In this document: one piece after another, positions 59,323 to 64,000 of the stretch
Position numbering within the stretch: the stretch's first letter is position 1
Layout: each line of letters opens with the position of its first letter
Assembly: GCA_009914755.4 (NCBI GenBank)
Contig: CP068257.2
Location: forward strand, 30,400,001-30,464,000
Length of the DNA stretch: 64,000 nt
Source of the DNA: the human T2T-CHM13v2.0 reference genome, Homo sapiens
Direction: 5' to 3'
Translations under genes and position numbers: made by a program
Notes under the pieces: model-generated
The model's database searches: none
What the model saw: only the letters and a program-made list of their open reading frames with translations
What the model was told of the DNA's origin: nothing

Positions 59323-60216
59323 TCACTCCCTTCTATAGTAATAAAAGTTTCAGCTTGATCAATCCAGTCAAAAACTAAGTTATCCAGCCTCTCTTGGGGC
59401 TAAATATGACTAATTGTATGGCCAGGTTCAAGCCCACTGGGATGTGAGGAAAACAGTGTGTGCAATTTCTAGGGTGTTCCTATAAAAGGAAAGGGGCATA
59501 CACTGCATTCCTTCCTCTTCCCTCTCTCCTGGGCTGGGATGTGGAGGTGGTGGAGAGTCACCTTTGATCATTTGTTCAAGAAGAAGCCTGTACAGATGGT
59601 AAGGCAACAAGATGATAAGAGCCTGGGTCCACACAGAGTTCACCTGCGACCCTGGGCCTCCTGCCAGGACTTTTTCAAAGGGAAGAAACCTTTATCTCAT
59701 TTAAGCCATTGTATTATGGAAAAATTTTGTTACAGAAGTCCAACGTGTAGCAATAAAATTCTTCAGAGTAGTAAAGGAGATGGAATCTCTCATGCAGGTT
59801 CTGACCTGGATGGCTCCCTAAGTGTAAGACATGGTGGGAGACTTTGTGGCAAGAATAGCTGTCCTGGGACTTAGAAAGATCGGGATTTGTACACCAGCAT
59901 GCCACTGGCTAAATGGCCTCGAGCGTATTAGTTTACCTCTCTGGACCTGTGAGTTTTTTCTTGTTGCTGTTTCTTTGTTTCCTTCTATAGGATGGGGAAA
60001 ATGGTAGTGCTATTACAAAAAGTCGAGATGGTATTTACAAAAGTCTGCACCTTAGTCCCTGGCACATGGTGGGCCTCCATAGTGGCAGCCATTGTCATTA
60101 TGAATAACTCTGGGTGAAGTTGGCAGGGGCAGCTAGCTCACCAGGGAGGGGCATCCCAGGAACTTGAGCATATAGATGCACTTCTCTCTCCAATCTGCAT
60201 CATACTTGCTCTTTGA

Positions 60217-60529
<313 letters not shown>

Positions 60530-61775
60530 TCAATGCTTTTATTTCTTTTTGCCGTCTCCATAAGAGAGTAGGATTTGTACTCCTCTCTTATGAGTCTCAC
60601 GTTTTAATTGCAGTCTTGTTCCTAGCAAGATAGGCTATCTTGGACAAGATCAATGAGGTTTGTGATCATCTGAACATTCAGGAGTTCTGCGAGACCAATA
60701 GCCCTGGTTTGGAGTTCTTCAGTTTGGAAACTGAGCTGCTTCCTCAGTCAGATTTATTGCACATGTCAAGAAGCAATTGACTCCATACCAGCTTCTTTTC
60801 ACCCTTGTAAGGGCCATGGTTCAAACTGATGGGACTGTTCTTATCAATCCCGCAACCCTGACTAATCGGGGGAAACTTCTTGACTCATAAGCTACAAGGA
60901 AGAAAAAGGGAAACAAAGTTTTCCAGGAGGCCAATGGGTGAATGTCTTTTCCTTCTGGGAAGTGTTGCTCTGTATTCCTGCTCTAGAAAAAATCACCTTG
61001 GTAAGTAAGAGTTCTTCCTCTCTTTAACTTTCTGTAAACAGACCTTAGACCAGTGAATTTCATGCTCACAGTATATCAGAGTCACCTGGAAAGCTTTTGA
61101 GAAAACTCAGATCCCTGCACCCTATTGGCCAAGAAATTGAGACTCGATTGATCTGTGGAGGGGCTCAGGAAATGGTATTTTGAGAGAAGGACTCAAGTCA
61201 GTTTTTATAGACAGTATTTTTCATAGAGTGCATGGGCTTCATCCTTGGTTGACAGTTTTTATGGTGATTGGCACTCAAACAACATTTCTGATGGACAGAA
61301 TGGGACTCCCATGCCTTGCCCTAGCATCTGGAAAGCTCAGAGCTCCTGCTCCATGAGCGCTGCTGCTGCACCTCCACCTGCACCCCCACTTCACTAATGT
61401 GGAGGGATTTCCAACCTATTTTAGAAGCAGAGGCCTATTAATGTGAAGGCCACTGAGTAGCCTTGAAGTCAGAGTTTCCATCCAGATGAACGTCTAAAAA
61501 TTTTCAACCTGAGATTATTTTCCTGACCACAAGAAGAAGGAAGACATAATTTTTATGGTTGACTTGAGAGAGGCAGACTGCCTGCCCCACCCTCTCCTCT
61601 CCTTCCAAACTGATCTTTGTTTTTGGTGTCATTTGGCTCTTGGTGGGAGGAGGGGGGAGGAAACTCTTTCCCAGGCGAGAATATAAGCACCCCATCTCTT
61701 GCAAGGAGCAAGTGCATTTTGGAAGAAGAGCCTCCTTCCCCTCCAGGGAAGACTGTGGGAATGTGAGCCCCTATC

Positions 61776-61797
61776 TTTTTTTTTTTTTTTTTTTTTG
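61776..61797. repeat. poly(T) tract, 22 nt
   Basis: ctatcttttttttttttttttttttttggtaattcc. No SINE or LINE body is attached. Confidence 0.8.
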
Positions 61798-62284
61798 GTA
61801 ATTCCTGTGGTCTTTGATTTATTCTCCGATTCTAATAGACAACCAAGGACTCTGGAATTGGCTGCAAAATCAACTGTGGGAGAGGAGATGAGAGCTTTTG
61901 TGTAGAGAGGTAGAAGTGGAAGAAGCCAGAAGGAAGGGAGTTGAAGAGATTCCAAACACATGGCCACTCCAAAGCTGCAGGGCACTGTCCTAGTGTCCAC
62001 TAGCCACTCTGCAGCAAGGGCCATGGTCAGCTGACTGCTCCAGCTGCATGGGATGCGAATGGTCCATCAACTGCCCATGCCCTTGCTCAGGGCTCACACT
62101 CTTCTGTCACCTCCCTACAAGTGGGGTCTTCACTGAGCACCATTCTTGTGGCTACAAACCCCCAAGAGGGGAGGTGATGACTGACCAGGATCTCCCAGCT
62201 CCATGATGGGGTCAGCTTCTTCAAAGTCCCCAGCTCTCATTCCAAGAAAACTGTAAGATTGAAGATAGTCAGAATACCTGGTAT

Positions 62285-62700
62285 CCAGGTTCCCTAGGGC
62301 TGCCATGGCAAAGGTACCACAACCTGGGGGGCTTAGACCAACAGAAGTCTACTGCCTCCTGGTTCTGGAGGCCAGAAGGCCAAAATCAAGTTGTCAGGAG
62401 GGCCATGGACTCTCTGAAACCTGTAGGGGAAGGGTCCTTCCCTGCCTCTTCCAGCTTTTGGTAGCTCCAGACATTGGCTTGCAGCAGCCTCACCCTAATC
62501 TCTGTCTCCATGCTTACGTGGCTTTCTCCCTGCACCTCTGTGTCTTTTAAAAAGAAAAACAGTCATATTGGATGAGGAGCCCACTCTGCTCCAGGATGAT
62601 CTCACCTTAACTAATTGCATTTGCAGTGACCCAATTTCCAAATAAGGTCACATTCTAAGATATTGAGGGTTAGGGCTTCAAATACCATTTTTTGGCAGGC
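62285..62700 (+). mobile_element. LTR-like interspersed repeat, family A copy, directly abutting a MaLR LTR on its 3' side
   Basis: ccaggttccctagggctgccatggcaaaggtaccacaacctggggggcttagaccaacagaagtctactgcctcctggttctggaggccagaaggccaaaatcaagttgtcaggagggcc...tccttccctgcctcttccagcttttggtagctccagacattggcttgcagcagcctcaccc...aaggtcacattctaagatattgagggttagggcttcaaataccattttttggc. Confidence 0.55.
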
Positions 62701-62705
62701 AGGAT

Positions 62706-63059
62706 GTAGTAGCCTGTTTTCACGCCGCTGATAAAGACGTACTTGAGACTGGACAATTTACAAAAGAAAGAGGTTTAATGGACTTACAGCTCCATGTGGG
62801 TGGGGAAGCCTCACCATCATGGCGGGAGGCAAGGAGGAGCAAGCAATGTCTTACATGGATGGCAGCAGGCAAAGAGAGAGAGCTTGTGCACGGAAACTAC
62901 CCCTTATAAAGCCATCAGATTTCATGAGACTTATTCACTATCATGAGAACAGCACGGGAAAGATCTGCCCCATGATTCAATTACCTCCCACCAGGTCCCT
63001 CCCACAACATGTGGGAATTCAAGATGAGATTTGGGTGGGGACAGAGCCAAACCATGTCA
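62706..63059 (-). mobile_element. ERVL-MaLR solo LTR (THE1-like); the 5'-most 10 bp are diverged
   Basis: gcctgttttcacgccgctgataaagacgtacttgagactggacaatttacaaaagaaagaggtttaatggacttacagctccatgtgggtggggaagcctcaccatcatggcgggaggcaaggagg...ccccatgattcaattacctcccaccaggtccctcccacaacatgtgggaattcaagatgagatttgggtggggacagagccaaaccatgtca. Confidence 0.85.
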
Positions 63060-63139
63060 GAGGGAGGCACAATTTAACCCAGAACACTTGGGATGATGAG
63101 GAGTATGAATTGGAAATGCCTGAGCCCCCTAAACTGGGC

Positions 63140-63370
63140 TAAGGAGACAATCCCTCCCTCTCTCCTACCCTTCCTCCTCTCCCTCCCTTTTTTCCCTTCC
63201 TCCCTTCCTCTGCTCCCTCCCTTCCTTCCTTCCCCTCTTCCTTCCTTCCCTCCCTCCCTTCCTTCCTTCCCTTACCCCTTCCTCTTATCCTTTCCCTTTC
63301 TTCTTTCCCTCCCTCTCTCCTGTCCCCTCTCTTCCTTCTTTCCATTACTCCTGCCCCCATGTCCTCTTCC
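63140..63370. repeat. Polypyrimidine (CT-rich, degenerate (CCTT/CCCT/CTCT)n) tract of about 230 bp
   Basis: ccctccctctctcctacccttcctcctctccctcccttttttcccttcctcccttcctctgctccctcccttccttccttcccctcttccttccttccctccctcccttccttccttcccttaccccttcctcttatcctttccctttcttctttccctccctctctcctgtcccctctcttccttctttcc is almost purely C/T on the plus strand. The overlapping ORFs 63093-63407 + and 63139-63414 - are low-complexity artefacts (LPS/PFL-rich and EGR/KEG-rich). Confidence 0.9.
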
Positions 63371-64000
63371 CCTTCATCTGTCCATCTCCTTAGAAGTCTG
63401 CCAGTGAGGTGCACAGATGAGGAATGTCAGGCTGCCCAGGATGGCATCAGCCAGCTGACTGCTTGCAAGTGGCTCCATGGGCCCTAGAGAAGGGAGGAGG
63501 CCAGCCTCCTCAATCTGAATGCCCTTCTGCTTTATGAGCCTTGCCTCTGCTGCCATTTTTAGCAGCAGCTTAACTTGCAGGGATACTGCCCTGGTCCTCA
63601 GCTGCCATCCCAGACCTGCAGGCGATGCCTGGGCGCTCCCTCCCTGCTGTCACAGGACACTCACCACCCGCTGATAGCCAGCCTGCTTTTTTGACATTGT
63701 GAGGCATCTGCCTGGACAGCCAAGGACAATGCTGCAGTTTCTGTGGAAACCTGAGTGCCTGTAAGGACTCTAGTGGGGACTCTAACCCACCATTGGGCAG
63801 GCTCTGGGAGAGGCTAGAGAATGGTGGTCAACCACCTGAGTGAGGTCTGTCTGATCTGTGACCCGAGGGATGTCACTCACTCTGCAGCAAGGGGCCCTCT
63901 CTGGGCCTCAGCTTGCTTCTCCAGTGAGAAATTGCCAAGCCTGGCCACCTGCCTGAAATGAGGGTAAGAGGAGACAGAAGCAGCACGAACACAAACTAAC

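Overview
This window is primate, almost certainly human, nuclear genomic DNA, not a prokaryotic or phage locus. About half of it is interspersed repeats. There are 17 essentially full-length Alu SINEs and several 5'-truncated Alu fragments with poly-A tails and target-site duplications (TSDs). A young L1PA-type LINE insertion of about 3.7 kb carries a 5' inversion, the twin-priming structure. Older L1M fragments are also present. Six ERVL-MaLR (THE1/MST-type) solo LTRs each have a 5-bp TSD. There are five copies of a second LTR-like repeat family of about 450 bp, several MIR SINEs, and a hAT-type MITE. Tandem repeats include a 15-bp minisatellite at the window start, a roughly 950-bp TG-rich complex repeat, (CA)n tracts, poly-A tail-derived microsatellites, and a 230-bp polypyrimidine tract. 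I found no credible protein-coding exon. Every ORF in the six-frame track is under 300 aa and lies in a repeat, low-complexity or GC-rich segment, so I call no CDS. I also see no tRNA, rRNA, CRISPR array or operon-like structure. The region looks intronic or intergenic. The observations worth following up are structural: the twin-primed L1, a 270-bp inverted duplication pair 2.7 kb apart at about 95% identity, a young 1.3-kb tandem duplication with 265-bp copies at about 98% identity, and several candidate polymorphic tandem repeats. No sign of a novel biological system, in the sense of a gene cassette or defence system, is visible. Repeat family names are from memory of consensus sequences, and coordinates are accurate to a few bp.
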